Shown: positions 1 through 11,059, counted from the first letter of the stretch. The stretch: 64,000 nt of DNA from an uncultured Chloroflexia bacterium (GCA_963784695.1 CAWARZ010000006.1:979647-1043646); one strand, 5' to 3'. The notes: generated by a model not told the origin, from the letters alone. Translations and numbers: made by a program.

Positions 1-143
1 GAACGCGCAGTAGGCGTCCGGCATATATCTTGCTTGCTCCACGGTGACTCGTGCGGACCGCCCGCGCGGTCAGCGAAAGCCCTCGGCCCCGGCGGCGCCG
101 CGTCCAGCGGCGGCCGGCCCGGCCGACGAAGGAGACAAGCACC

Positions 144-700
144 ATGAGCGATCAACAATCTCGGCAGGGAAAGGACCGCGCGGCCAAGGCGCCCAAGGCG
201 GCGTCCGAGAGCGGCGCGCAGTGGCCGCCTGATCAGCTGCCGAATCCCACTGCGAACACCAGCCTGACCTCGCCCGGCCCGCCGCCCGAATCGGCGGTCG
301 CCGGGGCGCCGCCCAGCCAGCCCGCCCGGGGCCGCCAGTCGCGCGGCACGCGGCGGCAGGGCAACCGATGGCCGCGACGCGGTCAGGCACGCCACTGCAG
401 CCCGGCGACGTGATCCCGTGGGATCCGGCGGGCAAGCTGGACGACGAGGTGGAGCGCCGCACGGCAGGCCCGGCCCCGGCGACCGGCGGGACGCCTGGCG
501 CGCTGGGCGAAACCGTGAGCCCGAACCGCTACGCCGGGGCGACCGACGCGGCGCCGACGAGCCCACCCGCCGGGGCGACGACCACGCTCGGCGGCATGAC
601 TGGGACCGAGGCGGCCGCCGAATTGAGCGGCGCCCCCGGCTACTTCCCCAGCGAGGAGGCGCCGAGCGGCTATCCCGAGGGCCACGGCGAAGTGTATTGA
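144..700 (+). pseudogene. hypothetical Pro/Ala/Gly-rich low-complexity protein; reading frame appears to change once near 320-330
   Basis: The ATG at 144 is preceded by AAGGAGA. The N-terminal part (MSDQQSRQGKDRAAKAPK...PPSQPA) lies in the frame of track ORF 51..413 and then decays into an Arg-rich tail. Protein-like sequence (GTPLQPGDVIPWDPAGKLDDEVERR...) continues in the frame of ORF 368..700, which is open from 233. No family recognised. Confidence 0.3.
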
Positions 701-781
701 TGCGCGCCCCTGCATCCGGCGCACCACTCCGGCAGGACGGCCATCGCCGCCCTGCCGGGCTTGTGTGTCATCCGCTCCGCC

Positions 782-1435
782 ATGAGTGATTCCAGCGCGG
801 ACTGGACGCGGCTGCGGCACGAGTACGAGGCGGCGGGCCTGCGCACGGACTCGGTCGACCCCGACCCGCTGGTGCAGTTCGCGGAGTGGCTCGACGCGGC
901 GCAGGCCGCGGGCCTGCCCGAGCCGCACGCGATGACGCTGGCGACGGCCACGCCCGACGGGCGGCCCGCCGCCCGGATGGTCTTGCTGCGCGGCTTCGAT
1001 GCCCGCGGCTTCGTCTTCTACACGAACTACGCGAGCCGCAAGGCGGCCGCCCTGACGGCCAACTCGCGCGCGGCGCTCGTCTTCTACTGGCCGGAACTGC
1101 ACCGCCAGGTGCGGGTCGAGGGCACGGTGGCGCGGGTGGACGCGGCCGAGTTGGATGCGTACTTCGCGGGGCGGCCGCGCGGCAGCCAGATCGGCGCGTG
1201 GGCGTCGGCGCAAAGCGCGCCGATCGCGGACCGCGCCGCGCTGGAGCGGGCGGTGGCGGCGGTGGAGCAGGCGTATGCGGACCAACCCGTGCCCCGGCCG
1301 CCGTTCTGGGGCGGCTTTCGGGTCACGCCGGAGTGCCTGGAGTTCTGGCAGGGCCAGCCGAGCCGGCTGCACGACCGCATCCGCTACGACCGCTCGGGCG
1401 CCGGGGGATGGACCATCCAGCGGCTGCAGCCGTAG
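782..1435 (+). CDS. pdxH: pyridoxamine 5'-phosphate oxidase
   Basis: Track ORF 761..1435. LLRGFDARGFVFYTNYASRKA and the C-terminal FWQGQPSRLHDRIRY are canonical PdxH sequence. Start moved to ATG 782 (MSDSSADW). Confidence 0.88.
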   Translation: MSDSSADWTRLRHEYEAAGLRTDSVDPDPLVQFAEWLDAAQAAGLPEPHAMTLATATPDGRPAARMVLLRGFDARGFVFYTNYASRKAAALTANSRAALVFYWPELHRQVRVEGTVARVDAAELDAYFAGRPRGSQIGAWASAQSAPIADRAALERAVAAVEQAYADQPVPRPPFWGGFRVTPECLEFWQGQPSRLHDRIRYDRSGAGGWTIQRLQP

Positions 1436-1620
1436 GGCCGGCCGCCCGCCGCCCGGCCGGCGCCCGGCGCCCGCCCATCCCGGCACTTCGCGCACGATCC
1501 TGCGGCGGCGCTGGTCGCGCGGCGGAGCGCCCTCCTATCGTTGGGCCCGGACGTCCGTTTCTTGCCGCCATTCCGCAGCACGCCCTTCCCCGGCCGCGGG
1601 GCGCACCCTACTTTGCGGCG

Positions 1621-3669
1621 CTAGGGGTGGCGGCCGGGCCAGTTGGTGAGAGGCAGGTACGTCGCCGTGGTGCTGGGCATGATGCGCACCGGGTAACTGT
1701 CGCGGAAGATCGCGGCCGCGGGCTTGGCGGAGCCGTCCAGCCGGAACAAGCCGAACCACTCCTCGAACGAGATGCCCTTGCCGCCGGTGGTCGAGCCGGG
1801 GACGAAGTCCTGGAGCGCCCACTGGACGACGCCCGAGAGGGTGCTGGCCTTGGCGTCGCCGAGCATGGAGTGGTAGAGGAAGGTCTGCGTCGGCTCGTCG
1901 TAGACGGCGGCGGGGCTCGATTGGGCGGCCGGGCCGGTGGGCCAGCCCATCTCCTCCAGCAGGATGGGCTTGGTCGTGCGCGATTCGATGTCGTCGATCT
2001 GGGTGCGCAGCGCGCCCGCGCTGTAGCAGTGGAAGCTGACAAAGTCGACGCTGTCGATCAGGCGCGCGCCCGCGGGGGCGGCCCAGAGGTCGGCGTAGTT
2101 GCTGACGCCGATGGTCAGCGGGTGGTTGGGATCGATGGCCCGGACGGCGGCGGCCACCCGCGCGGTCCAGTCGATCACCTGGTCTGGGTGGCCGTTCCAG
2201 GTCGCGTAGTTCTCGGGCTCGTTGTGCAGGTCCCAGGCGAGCACGCGGTCGTCCCGGGCGAACGGGCCGACGATGCCCTGCAGGTAGTTGAGTTGGCGCT
2301 GGAACTCGTGGGTCCCCGCGGCCGGGAAGCTGTCGCTCCAGTCGAAGAGCACGAAGATCACCTTGATGCCGTAGACCTGGGCGATCTGGAGCAACTGGGT
2401 CATCTGGTTGGTGAGCCAGCCATGGATCTGGTCGCACTTGTCGGGCGGCTTCTCGCAGCCGTCGCCCCAGACGATGGCCAAAGCGTCATTGTGGTCGTAG
2501 GGCAGGCCGATGCGGATCGTGTTGATGCCGAGGGCCTGAGCCTGGGCAAGCTCCCGCTGGACGGTGGGGCCGTCCCAGTGCGTCCAGGTGCCGACGAACG
2601 GCCAGCTGTGCAGCCAGTAGTTGGTGCCCTTAAGGCGCACGGGCGCCCCGGCGTAGGTGAACTGATTGCCGGAGAGGCGCACGAACGTGTCGGGCAGGCC
2701 CGATGCGGCGGGCGGCGCGCTCCCGCCGCCGGGCGGTGCGGCCGGGTCGGTGACCGGGCCGTAGCGCCAGGTCTCGTAGTGCTGGCCGACATTGCCCATC
2801 TGCACGCGCCAATCGGCGGGCGCAGAGGGCACGTAGGTCAGCACGCGGCGCTGGAAGAGCTGGATCAGCACGGGAGTCGGCGTGCCGGCGATGGGCACGG
2901 TGGCCCAGTAGGCCTCGCTGATCGGGTAGCCGAAGACGTAGACCGGGTCGAAGAGCGCGGCGTTCTGCGTGCCGGCGCCCATGTCGACGGGGCCTTTGCT
3001 CTGCATGAACTGGGCGAAGACGTCGGCGACGTTGTGGCCGGTCGCCTGGGTGTAGCTCGCGTAGTGGACGCCGCCCGGCCCGCCGACGCCGACGGTGCCG
3101 GCACGGTCGATCGTGGTGACGACCGGCGCGCCGGGGGAGGCGGCGGCGCGGCGCGCCGGGCCGCCGGGCAACGAAGCCACGGCGGCGAATGAGCGGTAGG
3201 TCGGGTCGGCGGCCGCCTGGGCGGCGGGCACGGCGCCGTCGCCGGCCACCGGGATCTCGGCCGGGGCGTGGGCCTCATAGCTCGCTCCGCCGACCTGCAC
3301 CTGCCCGCTGACGAGCTCGACCACGAGCAGGCCGGTCGTGACGGCCCAGGGGTTCGCCGGGTCGCTAACGCCCGGGTTGACTTCCATGCGGGCTTTGTCG
3401 AAGTACTGCACGGTGCGGACGCCGTTGGGCGCGCCGGCAAACGGCTCGGCGCGCACGGTGCCCGGCGTCGGGCCCCAGAGCCAGGCGCGGGCCACGGTGT
3501 GGGCGGCGACAGGGCCGTCGTTGCGGGTCCAGGTGCTCTGGAAGAGGCTGCTGGCGAAACTGGGCGTAGCGGCGGGCCCGGCCGCGGCGGCGGGCGGGGT
3601 GGCGCCGGGCAGGGCCGCGGCGAGCAGGGCGAGCAGGAACAGCACCGAGAGGCAGCGACGCAGGAGCAT
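1621..3669 (-). CDS. secreted glycoside hydrolase, clan GH-A / GH5-like (cellulase or mannanase type) with an N-terminal domain of unknown function
   Basis: Track ORF 1621..3804. Start set to the ATG at 3669, which gives the signal peptide MLLRRCLSVLFLLALLAAALPG. The C-terminal half has a TIM-barrel GH5 pattern: INTIRIGLPYDHN, acid/base-type motif DLHNEPENY and nucleophile-type motif LLEEMGWPT. Confidence 0.82.
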   Translation of the reverse strand: MLLRRCLSVLFLLALLAAALPGATPPAAAAGPAATPSFASSLFQSTWTRNDGPVAAHTVARAWLWGPTPGTVRAEPFAGAPNGVRTVQYFDKARMEVNPGVSDPANPWAVTTGLLVVELVSGQVQVGGASYEAHAPAEIPVAGDGAVPAAQAAADPTYRSFAAVASLPGGPARRAAASPGAPVVTTIDRAGTVGVGGPGGVHYASYTQATGHNVADVFAQFMQSKGPVDMGAGTQNAALFDPVYVFGYPISEAYWATVPIAGTPTPVLIQLFQRRVLTYVPSAPADWRVQMGNVGQHYETWRYGPVTDPAAPPGGGSAPPAASGLPDTFVRLSGNQFTYAGAPVRLKGTNYWLHSWPFVGTWTHWDGPTVQRELAQAQALGINTIRIGLPYDHNDALAIVWGDGCEKPPDKCDQIHGWLTNQMTQLLQIAQVYGIKVIFVLFDWSDSFPAAGTHEFQRQLNYLQGIVGPFARDDRVLAWDLHNEPENYATWNGHPDQVIDWTARVAAAVRAIDPNHPLTIGVSNYADLWAAPAGARLIDSVDFVSFHCYSAGALRTQIDDIESRTTKPILLEEMGWPTGPAAQSSPAAVYDEPTQTFLYHSMLGDAKASTLSGVVQWALQDFVPGSTTGGKGISFEEWFGLFRLDGSAKPAAAIFRDSYPVRIMPSTTATYLPLTNWPGRHP

Positions 3670-3928
3670 GGGTGTTCGCTTTCTGTCTAGTCCCCGGGAT
3701 GCGCGATTGGGTTCGGCCGCGGGCGGGCAGAGGGCCGATCGCGGCCGCGCGGCCGGTGGGCCGGCGCCTGCCTCATTGTGCCCGATCCGCCCGCCGCGTG
3801 TCAAATCCCGCCTGCCTGCAGGACGGCCGCACGGGCGTGCCGGGGCGGCTTGGCCGGCATCCGGCCGCGGTGTATACTGGCCGCAGACCTCGCCTGCTGT
3901 TCGGCGGCGGTCACGACGGAGGTGCCGG

Positions 3929-5297
3929 ATGGATGCTTTGCTGCAGCTAACGACCGAGCGGGCGCTGCGCTACCTGGCGACGCTGCCCGAGCGCCCCGTC
4001 GTGCCGACGGCGGCGGCGCTGGCGCGGCTGGCCACGCTCGATACGCCGCTGCCGGAGGCGCCGAGCGACCCTGCCGCGGTGCTCGCGCTGCTCGACGACG
4101 TCGGATCGCCCGCGACGGTGGCGACCGCGGGGCCGCGCTTCTTCGGCTTCGTCGTCGGCGGCAGCCTGCCCGCCGCGCTGGCCGCGAACTGGCTGGCCGG
4201 CGCCTGGGACCAGGAGGCGGGCGCCACGGGCACGTCGCCGATCAATGCGGCGCTCGAAGGCATCGCGCTGCGCTGGCTGCTGGACCTGTTCGGGCTACCG
4301 CCGGGATGCGCCGGGGCGTTCGTGACCGGGGCGACGATGGCGAACTTCACGGCGCTGGCCGCCGCGCGCCACGCGGTGCTGGCGGCGGCGGGCTGGGACG
4401 TGGAGGCGCAGGGCCTCTTCGGCGCGCCGCCCGTGACGGTCGTCGTGGGGGCCGAGGTGCACCCATCGGTGCGCAAGGCGCTCGGGCTGCTGGGCTTCGG
4501 GCGCGAGCGCGTGGTCGCCGTGCCGGTCGACGGACAGGGGCGCATGCGCGCCGACGCCCTGCCACCGCTGCGCGGGCCGGCAATCGTCTGCACGCAGGTG
4601 GGCAACGTGAATACGGGCGCGTGCGATCCGGTGGCGGCCATCGCGGAGACGGCGCACGCGGCAGGGGCGTGGGTGCACGTGGACGGCGCGTTCGGGCTGT
4701 GGGCCGCCGCGGCGCCCGCGCGCGCGGGGTTGGTAGCGGGGATGGGCGCGGCCGAACTCGTGGGCGACCGATGCGCACAAGTGGCTCAACGTGCCGTACG
4801 ACAGCGGGCTGGCGTTCGTGCGTGACGAGCCGGCGCTGCGCGCGGCGATGGCCGTGAGCGCGGCCTACCTGCCGGTATCGGAGACGCGGCAGCCCGACCA
4901 GTACACGCCCGAACTCTCGCGGCGGGCGCGCGGAGTCGAGGTCTGGGCGGCGCTACGCTCACTCGGCCGGGCAGGGCTCGCCGACCTGGTCGAGCGCTGC
5001 TGCGGGCTGGCCGCGCGCTTCGCCTCCGGCTTCCGCGCCGCGGGCTACCCGGTGCTGAACGAGGTGGTGCTCAACCAGGTGCTCGTGGCCTTCGGCGACG
5101 AGGCGACGACGCGCCGGGTGATCGCGGCCGTGCAGGCGGACGGCACGTGCTGGGCCGGGCCGACGGTCTGGCAGGGGCAGACGGCGATGCGCGTGAGCGT
5201 CTCGTCGTGGGCAACCACGGAGGCGGACGTGGATCGCAGCCTGGCCGCGGTCGTGCGCCTGGCCCGGGCGGCGGGCGCGACGCCGGACGCAGGGTGA
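3929..5297 (+). pseudogene. PLP-dependent group II decarboxylase family protein, frame-disrupted near 4745-4752
   Basis: The N-terminal two thirds lie in ORF 3338..4825 from ATG 3929 (GGAGG RBS). The C-terminal third is ORF 4791..5297. The PLP-lysine motif SWATDAHKWLNVPYDSG is read only in the second frame (from 4761), while the first frame reads ELVGDRCAQVAQR, so one indel separates the two halves. Confidence 0.8.
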
Positions 5298-5304
5298 CCG
5301 CGCG

Positions 5305-6078
5305 CTACGGGGCGTCGGTGAAGGCGAGCAGCGCAGGCAAGACCTGATCGATCGCGCTGAACTCCCCGGCGTGGTCGAGGCCGGGCTCGAGGTGCAGCCG
5401 CACGTGAGTGGCGGGGAGGCGCGCCTCGTAGTCGCGCGCGCTCGCCAGCGCCCCGCCGTTCTCCGTGCCGACGACCCACAGGGTCGGGCAGGGCAGATCC
5501 TCGGGCTCGACGGGCGGCCAGTCGAGGATGCCGCCAAGCCAGGCGAGGGTGCCCGGCAGGTCGGTGCTCGCCAGCGCGGCCTGCTCCTCGGGCGCGAGAT
5601 GCTCCAGGTCCAGCGTGCCCGCGGCGCGCGACTCCAAGAGGGGCAGCCAGCGGGCGCGCGCCTCCAGGATCTGGCGGCGGAAGTCGCCGGACGCGCCGGG
5701 GCCGAAGGGGATGCCGATCAGGATCAGCCGGGCCACGCGGGGCGAGCGCACCGCGACGTAGCGGGCCACGTTGCCGCCGTAGGAGAAACCCCAGACGGCG
5801 AAGCGATCGGCGCCACAGGCGTCCGCCACCGCGAGGATGTCGTCGCCGAGCCGGTCGGTGGCGTAGGCGGCGGGATCCGTCGGGCGGTCGCTCTCGCCGT
5901 GGCCGCGCAGGTCGAGCGTGATGACCTGGAAGCGGTCCTGCAGGCGCGCGACGTAGCCCGCGTCGTGCCAGGTGCGGCGGTCGCGGCCGCCACCGTGTAG
6001 CAGCACCAGCGCGGGGCCGCGCCCCGCGGCGTCGTAGGCGATGCGTGTGCCGTCCGGCGACTGCACGAAATCGGTCAT
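5305..6078 (-). CDS. alpha/beta hydrolase
   Basis: Track ORF 5305..6105, start moved to MTDFVQSPDG. It has the HGGG oxyanion region (LVLLHGGGRDRRTW), the nucleophile elbow GFSYGG and a C-terminal DHAG-type His region. Confidence 0.85.
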   Translation of the reverse strand: MTDFVQSPDGTRIAYDAAGRGPALVLLHGGGRDRRTWHDAGYVARLQDRFQVITLDLRGHGESDRPTDPAAYATDRLGDDILAVADACGADRFAVWGFSYGGNVARYVAVRSPRVARLILIGIPFGPGASGDFRRQILEARARWLPLLESRAAGTLDLEHLAPEEQAALASTDLPGTLAWLGGILDWPPVEPEDLPCPTLWVVGTENGGALASARDYEARLPATHVRLHLEPGLDHAGEFSAIDQVLPALLAFTDAP

Positions 6079-6223
6079 CGGCGCTCCTCTCTCCGCGGCG
6101 ACCATCCGCAGCCGCCGCCCTCTGCACTGTACCCGACTGCCGGGGCGGCGGCAAGCGGGGAAAGCAGCGCACCCGGCCCCCGTGGGGGCCGGGTGCGCGC
6201 CGCAGGCCGCACCAGGGCGCCGG

Positions 6224-7360
6224 CTAGTTCTGCGGGTCGCTGAAGAGGCCGTAGGTCAGGATCTTGGCCACCTGGGCGCGCGTCGCGGGCGCGTACGGGC
6301 GGAAGGTGCCGTCGGCGTAGCCCGAGATGACGTCGGCCGCGTTGGCCATGACCGCGTAATCATAGAACCAGTCGCCGGTGCCCACGTCGTGGAACGGGTT
6401 GGCATAGCCGCCATTGGACCAGCCGCTGCCGACGGCGACCATCTTGGCCAGCTGGGCGCGCGTGAGGTCGGCGTTGGGCCGGAACGTGCCGTCGGGATAG
6501 CCGGCGATCACGCCGTGGGCCACGGCCGTCTCGACGTAGCTGTAGCCCCAGAAGGTGGCGGGCACGTCGGCAAAGGTCGGGGTCTGCGGGGTGACCAGGG
6601 CCCAGCCCTCGGCGCTGACCAGCATCTTGGCGAACTGGGCGCGGGTGATGTCCGCGTTCGGGTGGAAGGTGCCGTCGGCGTAGCCGCTAAGCACGCCTTT
6701 GCCGACGAGGTAGGCGACCGGGTCGGCCTCCCAGCTATCGGGAGGCACGTCGGAGAAGTGCGGGTGGCCGGTCAGGGTGATGAAGTAGGCGACGGCGCCG
6801 GCCCGCGAGGGCGGCTCAGCCTGCGCCTGCACGCGCTCGATGTCGAAGCGCCAGGTGGGGGAGACGGGCACGCTGACGCTGACCGCGACCGTATCGGTCA
6901 TGCCCGGCTCGGTCACGATCTGGGTTGGGTCGACCGCCACGTCCCAGCCGCCGATGCTGTCGGCGCTGAGGTCAACGGTCGCCGTGGTCGGGATGCGGTT
7001 TTGCAGCACCTCGTGGTAGACCGCGGTCTCGCCCGGGGCGGCGTGGCCGAACTGCACGCGGGGCAGCAGGCGCAGCAGGGGGCGGTGCGGGGGCGGCTGC
7101 GGCGTCCCGGTGCGCTCCGGCGGCGGCAGCGGGGTGCGGCTCATCTCGGGGCGCGCGGTGCGGGTGGGCGGGGGCCAGTGCTCTGTGCCGGTGGGATGGG
7201 GGTAGGGGGTGCCGGTCATGTGGGCGGGCGCGCCCACGCCCGCCGCGGCAGCGGGGGCGGGTCCGGCCGCGAGCAGGCTCCAGGCCACCGCGGCCACGGC
7301 GACCAGAGCGGCCAGGGTCAGGATGGCGTCTTTCACGGGAATACGGGCAAGGTGCTTCAT
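6224..7360 (-). CDS. secreted SLH-domain surface protein
   Basis: Track ORF 6224..7414. The ATG at 7360 is preceded by GGAGGGAG and gives the signal or TM segment MKHLARIPVKDAILTLAALVAVAAVAW. There are three C-terminal SLH repeats: FSDVPPDSW...GYADGTFHPNADITRAQFAKML, FADVPATFW...GYPDGTFRPNADLTRAQLAKMV and FHDVGTGDW...GYADGTFRPYAPATRAQVAKIL. Confidence 0.85.
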   Translation of the reverse strand: MKHLARIPVKDAILTLAALVAVAAVAWSLLAAGPAPAAAAGVGAPAHMTGTPYPHPTGTEHWPPPTRTARPEMSRTPLPPPERTGTPQPPPHRPLLRLLPRVQFGHAAPGETAVYHEVLQNRIPTTATVDLSADSIGGWDVAVDPTQIVTEPGMTDTVAVSVSVPVSPTWRFDIERVQAQAEPPSRAGAVAYFITLTGHPHFSDVPPDSWEADPVAYLVGKGVLSGYADGTFHPNADITRAQFAKMLVSAEGWALVTPQTPTFADVPATFWGYSYVETAVAHGVIAGYPDGTFRPNADLTRAQLAKMVAVGSGWSNGGYANPFHDVGTGDWFYDYAVMANAADVISGYADGTFRPYAPATRAQVAKILTYGLFSDPQN

Positions 7361-7579
7361 GCGGGTTCTCCCTCCTCGGCACACGTGGTGCCTGCTGGTC
7401 TGACGGCGCGACATGTCCTCCGGTGTCGCTCCTATATACTCGTCACAAGGCCGGACCCTTCAATCGATTCGGGGGAAGTTGGCGGGTCTGCGCGTTTTCG
7501 GGCGGATCAGGGGACACGCAGGCGTGGCGCGGTCCTATCTGAGCCGACCAGCCAACCCCCGGCAGCGCGGTCGGGCGGC

Positions 7580-7602
7580 CGGGCGACCACGGAGGTCGCC
7601 CG
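7580..7602. repeat. GGGCGACCAC-type palindromic hairpin element
   Basis: CGGGCGACC-ACGGA-GGTCGCCCG is a perfect 9-bp stem. The left arm with its GGCGGCCGGGCGA prefix recurs at 15137 and 15255. Confidence 0.35.
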
Positions 7603-7736
7603 ACCGCGCAGCACACGTGTCCAGGCCGGCCGGCGGTGCCGGCGATCGTTCTGCGTCGGCGCGGCGGTCCCTCCTGTGGCCGGGCCACCCCGCTGCTGCT
7701 CCGCGGGGACGGCGGCGGGGACGGGGGCGTTGTCTA

Positions 7737-7745
7737 TGCTATAAT
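7737..7745 (+). promoter_or_regulatory. extended -10 promoter element TGCTATAAT
   Basis: A perfect TGnTATAAT lies about 75 nt upstream of the ATG at 7820. No good -35 is present, which is consistent with an extended -10 promoter. Confidence 0.4.
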
Positions 7746-7819
7746 GGGGCCGGCATGACAATTCGGGCCGCGGTGCGTTCTCACTTTGCGAGCGGCCCGC
7801 CGGGGCCCTGGAAGGGAGG

Positions 7820-8515
7820 ATGGATCCGATGGACATGACCGCGCTGCCGCTGTTCCCCCTGGCCACCGTCCTCTTCCCCGGGCTGGCGATCCCGATCCAC
7901 GTGTTCGAGCCGCGCTACCGGGCACTGGTGGCCGATTGCACGGCGGGCGATTGGCACTTTGGCATCGTGGGCATCGCCCGGGGCGTCGAGGTGGGGGCGC
8001 CGGCCGAGCCCTACCGGGTCGGGACGCTGGCGCGCATCGTGCGGCTGGAGCGACTGCCCGACGGGCGCGCCAATCTGCTCGCGCTCGGGCTGGCGCGCAT
8101 CCGCCTGACCGCCCTGGAGCGGGAGGGCAAGCCCTACCTGCGCGGCACGGCCGCCATCTGGCCGGACGAGGAAGAGGGCCCGCCGTCCGACGAGGCGCTG
8201 GAAACGCGCACGGGGGAGCTGTTCCTGCGGTACCGGCAACTGATGCGGGAGCCGGCGGGCGCGGCGGAGCCGAGCGAGGCCGCCGCGGGTGACCAGCCGC
8301 TGCCGACCGGGCCGCGCGGCCTGGCCGCGATGGTCGGGGCGCTGCTGCAGGTGCCGGTGGCCGACCGGCAGCAGCTGCTGGAAGCGCCCACGCTGGGCGA
8401 GCGCCTGCGCCGGGCGGAGGCGCTGCTGACCCGCGAGATCGCGCTGATGGAGGCCACCCACGCCGCGCCGGGCCGCAATCCGGCCGAGCTACGCGGCGTG
8501 TTCAGCGACAATTAG
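7820..8515 (+). CDS. LON N-terminal (substrate-binding) domain protein
   Basis: Track ORF 7820..8515 with a GGGAGG RBS. LPLFPLATVLFPGLAIPIHVFEPRYRALV is the hallmark start of the Lon N-terminal / PUA-like LON domain. There is no ATPase or protease domain. Confidence 0.82.
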   Translation: MDPMDMTALPLFPLATVLFPGLAIPIHVFEPRYRALVADCTAGDWHFGIVGIARGVEVGAPAEPYRVGTLARIVRLERLPDGRANLLALGLARIRLTALEREGKPYLRGTAAIWPDEEEGPPSDEALETRTGELFLRYRQLMREPAGAAEPSEAAAGDQPLPTGPRGLAAMVGALLQVPVADRQQLLEAPTLGERLRRAEALLTREIALMEATHAAPGRNPAELRGVFSDN

Positions 8516-8572
8516 GACGGGCGCCCCGTGGGGCGCCGCATGGCCGGGGCGTCCCGGCCCAGGAGAAGACGT

Positions 8573-9538
8573 ATGCCCGAACGCAAGCCGCCTCGCAAAC
8601 CGCCGGCCGGACAGCCGACCCGCCCCGCGCCGACCTCGGCAATCCCGCCTGCGGCGGGGCCACTGCCCAAGGAGGGCGGGCGCGCCCCCGGCGCCATGCC
8701 GCCGCTGGGCAGCCCGGTCGACCTCGGGCTGCCGAGTGCCGCCGCGAATGCCGCCGAGTCGGACACGCGCACCGCGCCGTCGCCCGGCAGCGCACCGGCC
8801 GACCTGCCCGCGGCGCCCGGCGCGCCTGCGCAGGAGGCGGCGTCCGCCGCGACGACCGCGTCCGCCCCACCCGTCATGGCCGGCGAGACGTTCCCGCCCG
8901 CCCCGAGCACGGCGACGGGCGGCGAAACGGTGGTGCCCGGGAGCACGCCCCGCGCGCCGGTCACGGGCGGCGAGCCGGCCACGCCGCTTGCCGCCGGGCG
9001 GGGGCAGGGCCAGTCGACGCAGGTCGCGGCAACCGACGCCGCGGCCGCCGACCGGATGCGCGCCATCCCGACGGCCGAGGGACCGCCGGCTACGCCACCC
9101 GCCGGTGCCGCCGCGCGCGTCGCCGCGCTGATCCGCGACCAGATGGACATCCTGGCGCTGCGCGTGGCCTACGACACGCAGGAGCTTGTGCGCGTCGGCG
9201 GCGAAGCGCTGGATCCGGTGTCCATTCGCGCGATGCTGGAGACGCTGGCGGCGGCGCTGGAGCGCGCCGATGTCCAGACGTTCGCCTACACCTACAGCCG
9301 CGCGGCCCGGCCGATGATCCCGCAGATCAACGACCAGGTGCTGCCGTTCCAGCTGGGGCTGCAGATCGGGGGCATGGTCGAGGGCATTCTACGGGACACC
9401 GTGGAGTCGCAACCCGACTGGGATCCGGCGCTGCGGGCGGCGGGGGTGCAGGCGCTGGAGCAGATGGCGGCGCCAGCCAAGCGCGCGCTGCTGGGGGAGC
9501 CGCGCGAGCTCGTGCAGTGGCAGGCCCCGCGAATCTGA
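8573..9538 (+). CDS. hypothetical protein with a disordered Pro/Ala-rich N-terminal half and a folded C-terminal domain
   Basis: Track ORF 8528..9538. Start moved to ATG 8573 behind AGGAGAAG. The C-terminal roughly 140 aa (RVAALIRDQMDILALRVAYDTQELVRVGGEALDPVSIRAMLETLAAALE...) has normal composition. No family recognised. Confidence 0.55.
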   Translation: MPERKPPRKPPAGQPTRPAPTSAIPPAAGPLPKEGGRAPGAMPPLGSPVDLGLPSAAANAAESDTRTAPSPGSAPADLPAAPGAPAQEAASAATTASAPPVMAGETFPPAPSTATGGETVVPGSTPRAPVTGGEPATPLAAGRGQGQSTQVAATDAAAADRMRAIPTAEGPPATPPAGAAARVAALIRDQMDILALRVAYDTQELVRVGGEALDPVSIRAMLETLAAALERADVQTFAYTYSRAARPMIPQINDQVLPFQLGLQIGGMVEGILRDTVESQPDWDPALRAAGVQALEQMAAPAKRALLGEPRELVQWQAPRI

Positions 9539-9692
9539 TCCCCTGCGCCGCTTAGCCCACGGGCCCGAGTTCGACGACTCGGGCCCGTTCGTGCCCGCGC
9601 GGGCCGGCCGGCGCGTGCCGCGCACTCGGCACCGTCGCGGCGTGCGTGGGGCCATGGGCCGGCGGACCTGCGGTTCGCCCGACAGTCGCGCG

Positions 9693-11059
9693 CTAGCCGG
9701 ACGGGAGCTCGTGGGCGGCGGGGACCGCGCCACGGGTGGCGAAGGCACGCTCGTAGAGCGGCGCGGCGTCGTCGGGGCGGCCCTGCGCGACCAGCAGACG
9801 GGCGAGCGCGACGTAGGACTCGGCCAGGACGACGGGATCGCCGACCTCTTCCAGCAAGCGGATCGCGGTGCGCAGCTCGGATTCCGCCCGGTCGAGGTTG
9901 CCCGCGGCCTGGGCGATGCGCGCCTCGGCGTAGACGACGTGGGCGCGCGCGCGGAGGTCGTCGGGCGGCGCGGCGGCCGCGGCCCGATCGAGCGCGAGCC
10001 GCGCGGCCTCGGGTTGGCCCGCCTCGACCTCGGCGACGGCCAGCTCGGCGCCCGCCTGGGCCACCAGCGCAGCGGACCCCAGCTGTCTGGCCAGCTGGAC
10101 GGCCGAACTCAAGCAGCCCCCGTGCCGAGCTGTTGTAGGCCGGCCGCAGCAAGATCCCGTAGTCCAGGTAGGTGCGCAGGACGACTTCGAGCGTGCGAGC
10201 GCGCTGGCTGAGCAAGTAGGCTTCCTCGCCAAACTGCTCGGCCTCGTCCCATTGCTGCTCGGCGGCCGCCTGGCGGCTCAACCCGATCCACTGCTGCGCC
10301 AGCCTGGCGATCGACTGGGTCTCCTGAGCGAGGCTGAGGGCGTCGCCGAACGCCGCGCGCGCGCGGGAGCTATCGCCCTGGGCCGCATAGGCCCGCGCGA
10401 GGCCGGTCAGCGCGCTGAGCCGCACAATCGGGTCCAGCCAGACGTTCTGGCGCACGTGGTCGAACTGCTCGACGGCGAGGCTCGCGGGGCCCCGCGCCAG
10501 CAAGGCTTCGCCGACCAGCACCTGCACGCGCGCGGCGACCATCCGGATCTGGGCCGTCTCAGGCACGGTCGCCAGGGCCTGCAGGGCGTGCTCCAGGGCC
10601 TCGAGCGCGGTGGCAGGCGCGCCGGCCGCCAGGTGGGCCTGGGCGAGCGCGTAGTGCAGATCGACCCGCTCCAGCGCGGTGAGCGGCGCGGAGTTCGACG
10701 AGCCGGGCGCGCTGGAGGACATCGGGGGCGCCGAGGGCGGCGAGCGTGCGCACCTCCTGGAGCCGCAGACGGTTGCGGCGCACGTCGCTGGCGGCGCCGT
10801 CGGGCGCGGCGGGCGCGACTTCGCCGAGCATGTCGGGGTCGAAGAACTCGGACATGTCGACTCCGAGGCGGCCGGCCAGGGCCTGGAGCGCGCGCACCGA
10901 GGGGAAGATCTTGCCATGCTCGATACTGCTCACGTAGCCCTTCGAGAAGAGGCCCTCGGCCAGAGCCTGCTGGCTCCAGCCGCGCGCGCGGCGGACGTCG
11001 CGCAGCCGGCGGCCGATCACGGCGGCCAGCTCGGGGCGCCCTGCAAAGCTCTCGTCCAA
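9693..11059 (-). pseudogene. XRE-family HTH regulator fused to TPR repeats, two frame changes (near 10690 and 10110)
   Basis: A TTG start at 11059 lies behind AGGAAGGA. The HTH (GRRLRDVRRARGWSQQALAEGLFSKGYVSSIEHGKIFPSVRALQALAGRLGV) is in ORF 10559..11212. The TPR-like middle (LERVDLHYALAQAHLAAG...AYAAQGDSSRARAAFGDAL) is in ORF 9292..10917. The C-terminal TPRs (AEVEAGQPEAARLALDRA...LLVAQGRPDDAAPLYERA) are in ORF 9693..10232. Confidence 0.7.
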